A stretch of 64,000 bases of DNA from Anaeramoeba ignava BMAN (Eukaryota > Protista > Anaeramoebae). The translations under genes were made by a program, and so were the position numbers. Positions 1-9,965 of the stretch are shown here, piece after piece. Under the pieces are notes generated by a model. It was not told the DNA's origin. It searched no databases and saw nothing but the letters and a program-made list of their open reading frames with translations. Numbering within the stretch: the stretch's first letter is position 1; each line of letters starts with the position of its first letter. The stretch is taken from contig JAPDFW010000073.1 in assembly GCA_028826165.1 (NCBI GenBank), forward strand, positions 124,001 through 188,000, in the 5' to 3' direction.

Positions 1-2094
1 ATGCTCCTCATCAGTCGCGAATGCTATACACAGCACTCTTTATCCCATCTTGTTTCGCTTTTTTGGAACAGTTTGATCACCCCCAATCTCCGAACAACTT
101 CCCAAAAAAATTCCGATTCCAAAAACATCTTAACAAAACAAGATATCATGCGATCCATTTTCGCATATCTACTGAAAATCATTTCATTGGCACTGACTAA
201 GAAAATTGATAAAACTTTCCCACTTTCACTTACTAAAACAATTTGTGCAATTGTTTCGCGAGCAGATCCCAAATTCTCATTCGAATTTTTCACTTCCCAA
301 TTGCTCAACTTTCCAGACTCGCCCACAGATCCGAATGAGTTCTATCAATTCATCCAGGATAAGCAAGTGGACGTACCAATATACCAACATTCCTCTATTC
401 TTTTGCTTGACGACTTGATTTTCGAAAATGGAATTTTTGCTGTCAAATTTCTTCCCCTTTTACTCCAACACGCTTTTATCCAGAACCCAAACAACGAAAT
501 CGGGAACAACATGCTTTACTACATGATACATTCTATTGTTGTGCGATATTCACAATCCGAGGAAACACGCAAGCATGCAGGAGAGTTTCTGGAGATGCTG
601 ATGAAACCTCACAAAACAATGGAGTTGGTGCAACTTCCACAAGTACTTTATCAGACAAAAACCCAAGAGCAAGCGGATGACACAAACACAGATCAAGACG
701 ATGATCGTGTGGATTGGGATCATATATACCAGATGGATGCAGATATGAAAATCAACTCACTGGAGTATACCGAACAAAATATCCAAATTATCCAAAAATT
801 CGTTGAACTTTTCCAACCTTTTAAATCAAATTTCCAACAAAGATGGAGAAATACACTTCTTTCTTGGTCAGTTAAATCCGTTGACGAACGTTTAACAAAC
901 AACTGTCTGACCGCGTTCTACATTCTTGTTGAAGATTTCAATGATTCCATGATTAAACAAATGGTTATTTTTGCTTTAGAATCACTTCAATACAACCGAC
1001 TCGAGGTCTTTTCAAACATCGCCAAGATTTTCGAGGATATGATCACTACAAAACACAACAAACTCTCGATCGAGTCTCTATCAAACATCGCCAGCTTAGC
1101 TTGTCTTTTACTCTTCTCAGAAACCTCCAAAATGTTTGCTTTGGGATTGAAATTACTTGATATTTTTTCGCGTCTTGAAAAAAATAATTCCAAGTTATAT
1201 CCCGCTATTTTCCTGAATGCCAAAAACCTCTTTCTAGACGATGAAAAGTCTGCACAGAAACAAAAGCTTCCTATTGATGCTCCTCTTATGCGCATTCTCT
1301 TCCGCGCGTTCACACAAGAATCCTTCTCAGAAACAGCAATGAATATTCTTGAATGTTTTTTGTTTTCTTGGGAATCCGTTCTTATTTCTTCAAACAACCG
1401 CTTATTCATTTCTTTCCTTCTCATTCTTGCTCTCAAATTCATGTCGGATGAAAAGGAATCTGTTGTTCTTAAAATGAAACAATTTTCTGAAACTTGCGGC
1501 AATTTACACAATAGTATTGCTAAAAAATTTGTTAATGTTTATTCATCATATGCTCATTTTTCAGACAATACTCAGAATTCACATCCTAATAATGAGTTTC
1601 TGAAAGAGTTTTTTGAGAAATTTGCCCAGAATTTCAACACAAATCTTGATTTTATTTTCATGGCTGTCAAATCATTATTGATTTTTACTCGTGAAAACAA
1701 TCACAAATTGAAAATTGTTTTAATGCAAATTGTTCCTCATTTATTGGCTTCATTTCGTGTTAATTGGACTCAACTTGAATATCAAGAACTTATTGACATT
1801 ATCCAAATCACTTCTCATTCTTCTTCTGTATTGCTTTCTCAAGAATCAGAAAATGCGTTTTCATTTATAATTTCTCGTGTTTCTGAAGATAAACAATTGA
1901 ATGGTTTGGATTTTATTTCTTTACCAATGCAAATTGATGAATTACGTCAGAAAAGTATTTCTGCAATGAAGGAAAAACCTGTTGATAAACAAATTGAACA
2001 AATGTTAAATTCAAATGATATGGATTCTAGTCCTGAATTTGAAAAGAGATATCGAAGGTTATTTAATTTACTTGGAGTGAAGAACATGAATTGA
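1..2094 (+). CDS. 3' part of a Furry/MOR2-PAG1 (TAO3)-like cell morphogenesis protein (5' end outside window)
   Basis: Long helical ORF open from base 1. LPLLLQHAF and RWRNTLLSWSVKSVDERLTNNCLTAFYIL resemble recalled Furry/MOR2-PAG1 motifs (LPLLLH...; W...AL.WA..C....LA..S...FR.L). Confidence 0.55.
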   Translation: MLLISRECYTQHSLSHLVSLFWNSLITPNLRTTSQKNSDSKNILTKQDIMRSIFAYLLKIISLALTKKIDKTFPLSLTKTICAIVSRADPKFSFEFFTSQLLNFPDSPTDPNEFYQFIQDKQVDVPIYQHSSILLLDDLIFENGIFAVKFLPLLLQHAFIQNPNNEIGNNMLYYMIHSIVVRYSQSEETRKHAGEFLEMLMKPHKTMELVQLPQVLYQTKTQEQADDTNTDQDDDRVDWDHIYQMDADMKINSLEYTEQNIQIIQKFVELFQPFKSNFQQRWRNTLLSWSVKSVDERLTNNCLTAFYILVEDFNDSMIKQMVIFALESLQYNRLEVFSNIAKIFEDMITTKHNKLSIESLSNIASLACLLLFSETSKMFALGLKLLDIFSRLEKNNSKLYPAIFLNAKNLFLDDEKSAQKQKLPIDAPLMRILFRAFTQESFSETAMNILECFLFSWESVLISSNNRLFISFLLILALKFMSDEKESVVLKMKQFSETCGNLHNSIAKKFVNVYSSYAHFSDNTQNSHPNNEFLKEFFEKFAQNFNTNLDFIFMAVKSLLIFTRENNHKLKIVLMQIVPHLLASFRVNWTQLEYQELIDIIQITSHSSSVLLSQESENAFSFIISRVSEDKQLNGLDFISLPMQIDELRQKSISAMKEKPVDKQIEQMLNSNDMDSSPEFEKRYRRLFNLLGVKNMN

Positions 2095-2243
2095 AATCAA
2101 AATTCAATTAAAATTCAATTAAAATTTAAATCAAAATTTAAATTTAAATTTAAATTCAAATTCAAAATTAAATTCAAAATTAAAATTCAAAATCATTTTT
2201 TCATTTTTTCATTTTCTCATTTTTTTTTAATAAAAAAATTATA

Positions 2244-3677
2244 ATGGATTCTGGTTTATTTTCAGATTTAGAAACTTTATCTCAAAATTTTGAAGATTTA
2301 CTTTTAGATGAAAATTCAAAAGATTTTACAATAGAAATTGAATCAGAAAAACCAATTTATTTAAGATGTCACAAAGCAATTTTAAATTGTAGAAGTGATT
2401 ATTTCAAAGCACTTTTCAGAAGTAAAATGATAGAATCTCAACAAGGAAAAGTAGTTTTACATGATACTTCAAAAGAAATGATGGAGAAATTTCTGAAATA
2501 CATTTACACAGGCAAAATTGAAATCAATGAAGAAAATGCAGTTGAAATTCTGATCTCTTCAAGAAAATTCTGTTTGGATCAAATTTCTGAATTTGCTGCA
2601 AAATTCATAAAACAAAGAATAACAACACAAAATGTTGTTGAGGTTTACCAAATTTCAAACCAATTTTTATGTGAGGATGTTGCTGATTTTTGCTTTAAAT
2701 ATATTGAAGATAAAATCCAATTATTACTTGAAACAGACCTTTTATATTCTTTAACTGAACAAGAAATGGAAAAACTCTTGAAAAGTGAAAATATCTTTAT
2801 AACAAGAGAATACCGTTTATTTGACTTACTTTTGCATTGGGCTCAATCTCAAATTGGTTGTCCCATTTCATCAGAAATTGATCCTTTATATTTAGACCAA
2901 ATCCAAAAGAAAATTTCCCATTTGGTTCAATTTATTCATTTTTCTGAAATTGAAAAAGATAAATTTTTGGAAATCAAATCAAAAAACTTATTATCAAAAG
3001 ATATGATTGACAAAATTGAGGAATTACATTTACAAATGGATAGAGAAACAAATCAAGATCCAAATCAAAATGTAATCCCGTTTCCAGTAACAGAAATTGC
3101 AGATATTTATCTTACTCCAAGAATAAAGCAAATCCCTTCAAAAATTATTACCAAAAATCAGAATATGATCAAATCACTTAAAAATTGGATTAATAATCCA
3201 GAATTTTTTGAAAAAATGAAACTTGGTTTTTCTCTCTCAAAAACAGAAAATGATGCAACTAAATTCCACGAAATCTGTGATGATAAAGGCCCAACTTTAG
3301 TTCTTATTCAATCCAAAAACGGGAATATTTTTGGCGGTTTTACTTCAGTTGGCTGGAAAAGTTCTGTTGGAAACAATTATATTGAAGATGAAAATGCCTT
3401 CATATTCACTTTGACTAATCAATCAAATTTACCTCAGAAATTCGATCTAAAACCTTTTGAGAAAAACTATGCAATTCGTTATTATTCAAATCTTGGTCCA
3501 CTTTTTGGAAGAGGTTATGATTTTGGAATTAAAACTAATTTGAAAAGAGGTTATTCTAATTTTGGATACAGTTATAATTTACCTGAAGGAATTGATTTAG
3601 GATCTGATCAAGCAAAAAGTTTTCTTGGTGGAAGTTATTCTTTTGTTGTAAGAAAACTGGAAATATTTTTTCTTTGA
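2244..3677 (+). CDS. BTB/POZ-BACK-TLDc domain protein
   Basis: N-terminal BTB (CHKAILNCRSDYFKALF...FLKYIYTG), BACK-like helices (EYRLFDLLLHW), C-terminal TLDc (FHEICDDKGPTLVLIQSKNGNIFGGFTS...AFIFTL...GPLFGRGYD...LEIF). Confidence 0.9.
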   Translation: MDSGLFSDLETLSQNFEDLLLDENSKDFTIEIESEKPIYLRCHKAILNCRSDYFKALFRSKMIESQQGKVVLHDTSKEMMEKFLKYIYTGKIEINEENAVEILISSRKFCLDQISEFAAKFIKQRITTQNVVEVYQISNQFLCEDVADFCFKYIEDKIQLLLETDLLYSLTEQEMEKLLKSENIFITREYRLFDLLLHWAQSQIGCPISSEIDPLYLDQIQKKISHLVQFIHFSEIEKDKFLEIKSKNLLSKDMIDKIEELHLQMDRETNQDPNQNVIPFPVTEIADIYLTPRIKQIPSKIITKNQNMIKSLKNWINNPEFFEKMKLGFSLSKTENDATKFHEICDDKGPTLVLIQSKNGNIFGGFTSVGWKSSVGNNYIEDENAFIFTLTNQSNLPQKFDLKPFEKNYAIRYYSNLGPLFGRGYDFGIKTNLKRGYSNFGYSYNLPEGIDLGSDQAKSFLGGSYSFVVRKLEIFFL

Positions 3678-3723
3678 TTTTGAAAAAGAAAAAAGATTTT
3701 TTTTTTAATTTTTCGTTTTGCTT

Positions 3724-6700
3724 TCAATTTTTATTTCTTTCAATTTCTTTTAATCGATTATTCATTGGATTAAATTCACTTAATTGATAAAAATCTTCAA
3801 TATCCTCATATTCTTGAATTAATTTTTCTGGATTTTGAATTGAATCTAAATCAAATTCTCCAAAATAAAAATAGTGAATAAGTTGTTCAAGAGTTTCTTT
3901 ACTTTTCCCACTATAATCTCTCACAGTATTTGAATCATCTTGAACATTCAAAAACATTCCTCTAAATAAATTTGATCTTGTGATTAAAATTAACTTATGA
4001 ACTTTGATTTCTGAAGAATCATTACAAATTATTCCAAAATCTTTTTTCGTAATTTTTTCTGAATAAAGATTAAGAAGATCGTTTTGGATTCCTGCTTCTT
4101 CTTTTTTATTATCAATCCAATTTTTATCAAATCCTAATTCTTGGAAAACATTGAGTAAATTTTGCTCATTTTGTAAATGGATAAAATTGTCATCATCTCG
4201 TAAAAATTGTGATAGAAATTCTTGAGAATTAAATGCATCAAAATCAAACTCATTTACTTTCCAATAAAATGAAAAAAGTGGATGATTTCTTTCGATTAAA
4301 TTCCAATCATCTTTTTTGAATAAATCCAAATCAAGTGAAATATTCGGATCAATCATTCCGCTGTAAATGAAAATCAAGAAAGGAATGACTTGTTTTGCAG
4401 GTTTTGTTGATAACATTTCTTGAATTCTTGTTAAAATTGATTGATCATTATCAAATCTCATCAATAAAATCAATTGGTGAACTCGAATATTTCCCATCCA
4501 AATAATTTATTGTCAAATCACAAAATTCTTGTCTCAAAAATAAATTTAGTAAATCAACTTGCAAATTCTTTCCAACATTTTTGAGTTGAATTTCAAAAGG
4601 TTCACTTCGATAAATTGGGAAAAAATCATAATATCCAAAATAACCAACTGCAAAAATTTCGTTTTGATTGTATTTCTGAGCGAAATTTGGTTTCAATTCA
4701 ACAAATCCTGAATATAATGCTTGTGAATTGTTTTCAAAACTTTCCTTATCATAAATTGCTTTAGATATTTTTGGAGAGAAAAATGCAATTGAATCATTCT
4801 CACTTGGATTAAAAAAGGAAGGAAGACTCCACAAAACCTGAATTTTATCTCCAAAATTGATTCTTTTGTTGAGTATTTTAATCCCAATAAAATCACTTGG
4901 TTGAACTATGATTGGCGACTGACAAATCACAAAACTGTATGAAAAAGTGTATCCAATGGCAAATTCTTCGGCAATCATTCCTCCTCCTGATTTGATAATA
5001 AATTCGGCTTCTCCTTTTCGTTCACATTTTTCGTTGTAACAAATAAATTGGAAATTCTTGGGCATTTCTTGATCTTTGGATTGGAATTGCTTCCTAAAGA
5101 ATATTAATTGATCATTTTTCTGAGGTTCATAATCGTTTGGTAATTGCCATGATATTGTAATTCTATCTCCAATCTTTGATTCAAATGAAGAAGTGTTGAT
5201 TTCTCCTCCTACTATTTGTCTAACTTGAATTCCTTCACTTTCTGCTATTGAAAGATATCTATCATTTGGAAGATATCTAAACTCAAATATTTGATCTTGA
5301 TCTTTGATATAATTCCAAATAGAAAATGTCATTTTTCCATTTATTGTTGAGGAAGAATTATATTGATAAGTTAAATATGAGTTATTTGGTGTTCCTTTCA
5401 CATATAATCCAATCCAATCATGATAATTTGGGTGATAATAATCAGGTAATTCCCATCCAACATCAATTGATTCTCCAAATGAAATTTGATTTTTGGAAAC
5501 TGTAAGTTTGGTTTGTTTCTTGAATTCTGATTTTACTTTGATTTCTTCACTTTCTGCTATTGAAAGATATCTATCCTTTGGAAGATATCTAAACTCAAAT
5601 ATTTGATCTTGATCTGTAATGAAATTGCCAATATCAAATGTCATTTTTCCCTTTATTGATGTATCATTATTATATTGATAAGTTAAATATGAGTTATTTG
5701 GTGTTCCTTTCACATATAATCCAATCCAATCATGATAATTTGGTTTATAATTTTCAGGTAATTCCCATTCAACATCAATTGATTCTCCAAATGAAATTTG
5801 ATTTTTGGAAACTGTAAGTTTGGTTTGTTTCTTGAATTCTGATTTTACTTTGATTTCTTCACTTTCTGCTATTGAAATATATCTATCCTTTGGAAGATAT
5901 CTAAACTCAAATATTTGATCTTGATCTGTAATGAAATTGCCAATATCAAATGTCATTTTTCCCTTTATTGATGTATCATTATTATATTGATAAGTTAAAT
6001 ATGAATTATTTGGTGTTCCTTTCACATATAATCCAATCCAATCATGATAATTTGGTTTATAATTTTTAGGTAATTCCCATTCAACATCAATTGATTCTCC
6101 AAATGAAATTTGTTTTTTGGAAACTGTAAGTTTGGTTTGTTTCTTAAATTTTGATTTTACTTTGATTTCTTCACTTTCTGCTATTGAAATATATTTATCA
6201 TTTGGAAGATATCTAAACTCAAATATTTGATCTTGATCTGTAATGAAATTGCCAATATCAAATGTCATTTTTCCCTTTATTGATTCAAAAGAATTATATT
6301 GATAAGTTAAATATGAGTTATTTGGTGTTCCTTTCACATATAATCCAATCCAATCATAGTAATTTGGGTGATAATAACCAGGTAATTCCCATCCAACATC
6401 AATTGATTCTCCAAATGAAATTTGTTTTTTGGAAACTGTAAGTTTGATATTTTGGATATTATCAATTTTGAAAGGAGAAGAAACTAATAGAATTTTCTTT
6501 TCATTTAAGGAAGAATGAGAAATATATTTGATAACAAATAAATTGCTTTGATTTTGATTTCCAAGTTCATCAATTTTTTTTTGAAGATCAAAATCTAATT
6601 GAAAATTGAGAATACCAAATCTTGAAAGCTGAGTGTTTCGAATTTCTAATAAAGGATCCGGCTCTTGATTTGTGTTTTGGTCAATACTTTCATTGAAGAA

Positions 6701-7724
6701 AATGGCAAATGAATCAGAAATATTAGGAGTATAATCCTCAGGTAACTTAATTTGAAAATAAAGTGGAGATCCAAATTGAGGATTTTTAGTTGGAATTTCA
6801 ATTCCAGATTTTTGGAGAAATTTGAAACGAAAAGGTTTGCTTGAAAATTGAAGAAAATAGCTATCTTGAGGTAAATACCGCATTTGGAAAGTATTGAGTA
6901 TATCAGTATTTTTGAAAAGACTAAAATCAAATGTGGCTTTTCCTTTTCTTGTTGATGAGGAGTTATATTGATATGTGATATATTGCTTGCTATTTGATGT
7001 TGAATAATAAAGTCCGATCCAATCTTTTGAAGAAACTGGGAATTCTTTAGGGAAATTCCATTCAACTGTAACTGATTCTCCATATTCAAATTCTTGTTTT
7101 GGGATGGAAAGTTCGATATTCTTGATTTCGTACTTCAATTTAAAAGGTTCAGATTCCCCAATTTCTTGGTATTTGTTATTGGGAAGATATCTAAACACAA
7201 ATTCTCTTTCTTCATTTGTTTGAAAATGAAATAACGGAAATTCCAACTTTCCTTTTCTTGTTGTATTTGTGTTATATTTCCAAGATAGAAAATTGATATT
7301 TGCTTCATCTTTGAAAAACAATCCAATCCAATCATAATAATTTGGTTGATAAGCATCAGGGAATTCCCATTGAACAATTACTTTTTTTGGATTTTTTAAA
7401 TTAGCAGTTAATTTTGGTTTGTGTAAAATGGGAATTTCAAAAACTTCAGAAACTAGAATTGATTTATATTGATCATTCGGTAAATATCGGACTTGATAAA
7501 GATTTCTGTTCATTGCTGGAGGTTGAGTAGGTAATTGTATTCTTCCTTCTTTGGCTTTATTTGAGTTGTATTCATAAGTTATGTAAGCGTGATTTGATTC
7601 TTCTGAAAGAAAAAGTCCAATCCAATCATCTGAATTTACTTCATATTGTTCTGGAAGTTTAAATTTAACAAAAATTTCATTTGCTTTTAGATAATTCAAT
7701 TTTTAAATAATAATTTTTCTCCAT
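3724..7724 (-). CDS. Multi-SKICH/Ig-like repeat protein with C-terminal double BTB module (two apparent 1-nt frameshifts, ~7690 and ~4495)
   Basis: About 10 repeats of V.W.LP..Y.P...DWIGLY...Y.TYQYN...G...F...FEFRYLP (SKICH-like). Then LQVDLLNLFLRQEFCDLTI and, in the next frame, VHQLILLMR and VHKLILITRSNLFRGMFLNVQD...DFYQL. Probable ATG at 7724 (MEKNYYLKIELSK) is one base out of frame at an A-run. Confidence 0.75.
5225..6446 (-). repeat. Four near-identical 312-bp (104-aa) coding tandem repeats
   Basis: Anchor ggaaactgtaagttt occurs at 5495, 5807, 6119 and 6431 (period 312). Confidence 0.95.
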
Positions 7725-7839
7725 TATTTTATTTAAAAAAATCAATCAAAAAAAAAATGAAAAGTTATTTTGAAAGAAAAAAAAATATTTTTTTTTTTGA
7801 TTAAAATGAGAACTTTGAAAAACAACATTAATAATAATA

Positions 7840-8118
7840 TTGATATTAATAATGAGAAGTGAATTATATCGAGGAATGTTTTTATCTGTAACAAATGATA
7901 CTTCTAATAAAGTTACAGATTATAGTGAATTAAGTAATAAATCATTTCAAATATTTGAATATTGGATTTATTCAAATCAAATCAAAGAAGGAATTCAAAT
8001 TACACAAGAAATTATTAATGAAATTCAAATCGGAATTGATTATTTTCAATTAAATGAAACAAATCCAAATTTATTTGATTTATTAATTAACAAATTTAAT
8101 AATCAAAATCAAAATTAA
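7840..8118 (+). pseudogene. Solo 3' remnant (last BTB half) of an RCC1-BTB paralogue
   Basis: Near-identical to 9640-9912 (LILIMRSELYRGMFLSVT...DYFQLNETNPNL) with no upstream RCC1 part and no in-frame ATG before the conserved block. Confidence 0.8.
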
Positions 8119-8163
8119 AATTAAAATTAAAATTCATTTTTTCATTTTTTTTCTTTTTTAAAA

Positions 8164-9912
8164 ATGAATGATTGTTTATTTTTTGGTTCAAATGAATATC
8201 CAATTCTTATCAAAAATGAACCAAAGAGAATAACAAAACCAATTCAATTTGAAAATGAAAATGAAAATAAAAAACAAATTAAACAAATTTCATCAGGAAA
8301 TTTTTCAACAATTTTTCTTTTTAAAAATGGAAAAGCAATAGAATATTTAAATAGAAGATATTCAAATAAAAATCCTGAAAAAATCCAAATTGAAGAAAAT
8401 ATTCAAAAAGTAACTGTTGGTGTTGAAAATGAAGCTATTTTAACAAAAGAAGGAAATATATTTGTCAAAGGAGAAAATATTAATTCAGATAATCCAAATG
8501 AATTTATCAATATTTCATTATTAATTGAAGATACAAATGATAGAATAATTCAAGATATTGTTTCTGGAAGAAATTCAATTTATTTATTAACTTCAAATCA
8601 AAATGTTTATGGAATTGGTTCAAATAGATCTGGCCAACTTGGTTTTGATTCTAAAACACTTAAAAAAACAGAAAAACCAATTTTAATGATGAAAAATGTT
8701 TCTAAAATATTTTCAGGAATTGATTCTTCTTATGTTTTTCTTTTAAATTCAAATCAAGAATTATTTGGATCTGGATATAATGAATTTGGTCAACTTGGAT
8801 TAGGAGAATCAAGAAAAGAAAAATATATTCATAAATTAACCAAAATACAAAATATTCCAAAAGGCAAAATAATTGATATTCAATGTGGAGGTATTCATAC
8901 AATAATGCTTATTGAAAATGAAAATGAAAATCCAAAAAGAAAACTTTATTCATGTGGATATTATCAATTTAATGGATTTGGCAAAAATGAAAATACTTAT
9001 GAATTTACTGAAATCAAATCATCTTTATTTGAAAATGATAATATTCTTGATTTTTCTGTTGGAAATGTTCATACTTTGATTTTAACTTCAAATTCGAAAT
9101 TAATAGGATTTGGAGGTAATTATCATGGTCAATTAGGAACTGGAAATACAGAAAATCAAAGAATTCCAATTCAAATTGAACTTCCTAAATTAATATTTAA
9201 TGGAAATATTTCCAATTATCATATTCTTTGTGGATATTTCAATTCATTTATTTATTATTCTCCTCCTTCTTTTTCCAATCTTGAAGAAGATTTGATAAAA
9301 TTATTTGAAAGAAAAGAATTTTGTAATATTTCATTTAAAACAGAAAATGGAGAAATAATCTCAGCTCATAAATTAATATTGAAATATAGATTAAATCAAA
9401 ATCAAAATCAATTTGAAAAACTTAAAGAAATTATTTCAAATAAATCAATTAAAGAATCAAATCAAATATTTGAAATGATTTATTCAAATAGAATAATAAA
9501 TCCAAAATTATATTATGAAATTAAAGAAATTATAAATTTAAATGAAAAAATTGAAGAAACAATGAAAAGAATTTATTTAAATGAAAATGAAAAAGATTTT
9601 ATAATTGAAAGAAAAGAAAAACAATATAAATTTCCTAAATTAATATTAATAATGAGAAGTGAATTATATCGAGGAATGTTTTTATCTGTAACAGAAGATA
9701 AATCTAATAAAGTTACAGATTATAGTGAATTAAGTAATAAATCATTTCAAATATTTGAATATTGGATTTATTCAAATCAAATTAAAGAAGGAATTGAAAT
9801 TACAAAAGAAATTATTAATGAAATTCAAATTGGAATTGATTATTTTCAATTAAATGAAACAAATCCAAATTTAATTGATTTATTAATTAACAAATTTAAT
9901 AATCAAAATTAA
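8164..9912 (+). CDS. RCC1-repeat beta-propeller + C-terminal double BTB protein
   Basis: RCC1 motifs (GYNEFGQLGLG, IQCGGIHT, SVGNVHTLILT, GGNYHGQLGTG) followed by LEEDLIKLFERKEFCNISF...AHKLIL and KLILIMRSELYRGMF. Confidence 0.9.
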   Translation: MNDCLFFGSNEYPILIKNEPKRITKPIQFENENENKKQIKQISSGNFSTIFLFKNGKAIEYLNRRYSNKNPEKIQIEENIQKVTVGVENEAILTKEGNIFVKGENINSDNPNEFINISLLIEDTNDRIIQDIVSGRNSIYLLTSNQNVYGIGSNRSGQLGFDSKTLKKTEKPILMMKNVSKIFSGIDSSYVFLLNSNQELFGSGYNEFGQLGLGESRKEKYIHKLTKIQNIPKGKIIDIQCGGIHTIMLIENENENPKRKLYSCGYYQFNGFGKNENTYEFTEIKSSLFENDNILDFSVGNVHTLILTSNSKLIGFGGNYHGQLGTGNTENQRIPIQIELPKLIFNGNISNYHILCGYFNSFIYYSPPSFSNLEEDLIKLFERKEFCNISFKTENGEIISAHKLILKYRLNQNQNQFEKLKEIISNKSIKESNQIFEMIYSNRIINPKLYYEIKEIINLNEKIEETMKRIYLNENEKDFIIERKEKQYKFPKLILIMRSELYRGMFLSVTEDKSNKVTDYSELSNKSFQIFEYWIYSNQIKEGIEITKEIINEIQIGIDYFQLNETNPNLIDLLINKFNNQN

Positions 9913-9965
9913 AATTAAAATTAAAATTAAAATCAAAATTCCAAAATCATTTTTTCATTTTTTTG

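Noticed and set aside
24-1511. Short antisense or overlapping ORFs in the track (also 24709-25065, 34818-35189, 56737-57324, 62126-62761)
   Set aside because: Shadows of real genes with no recognisable motifs.
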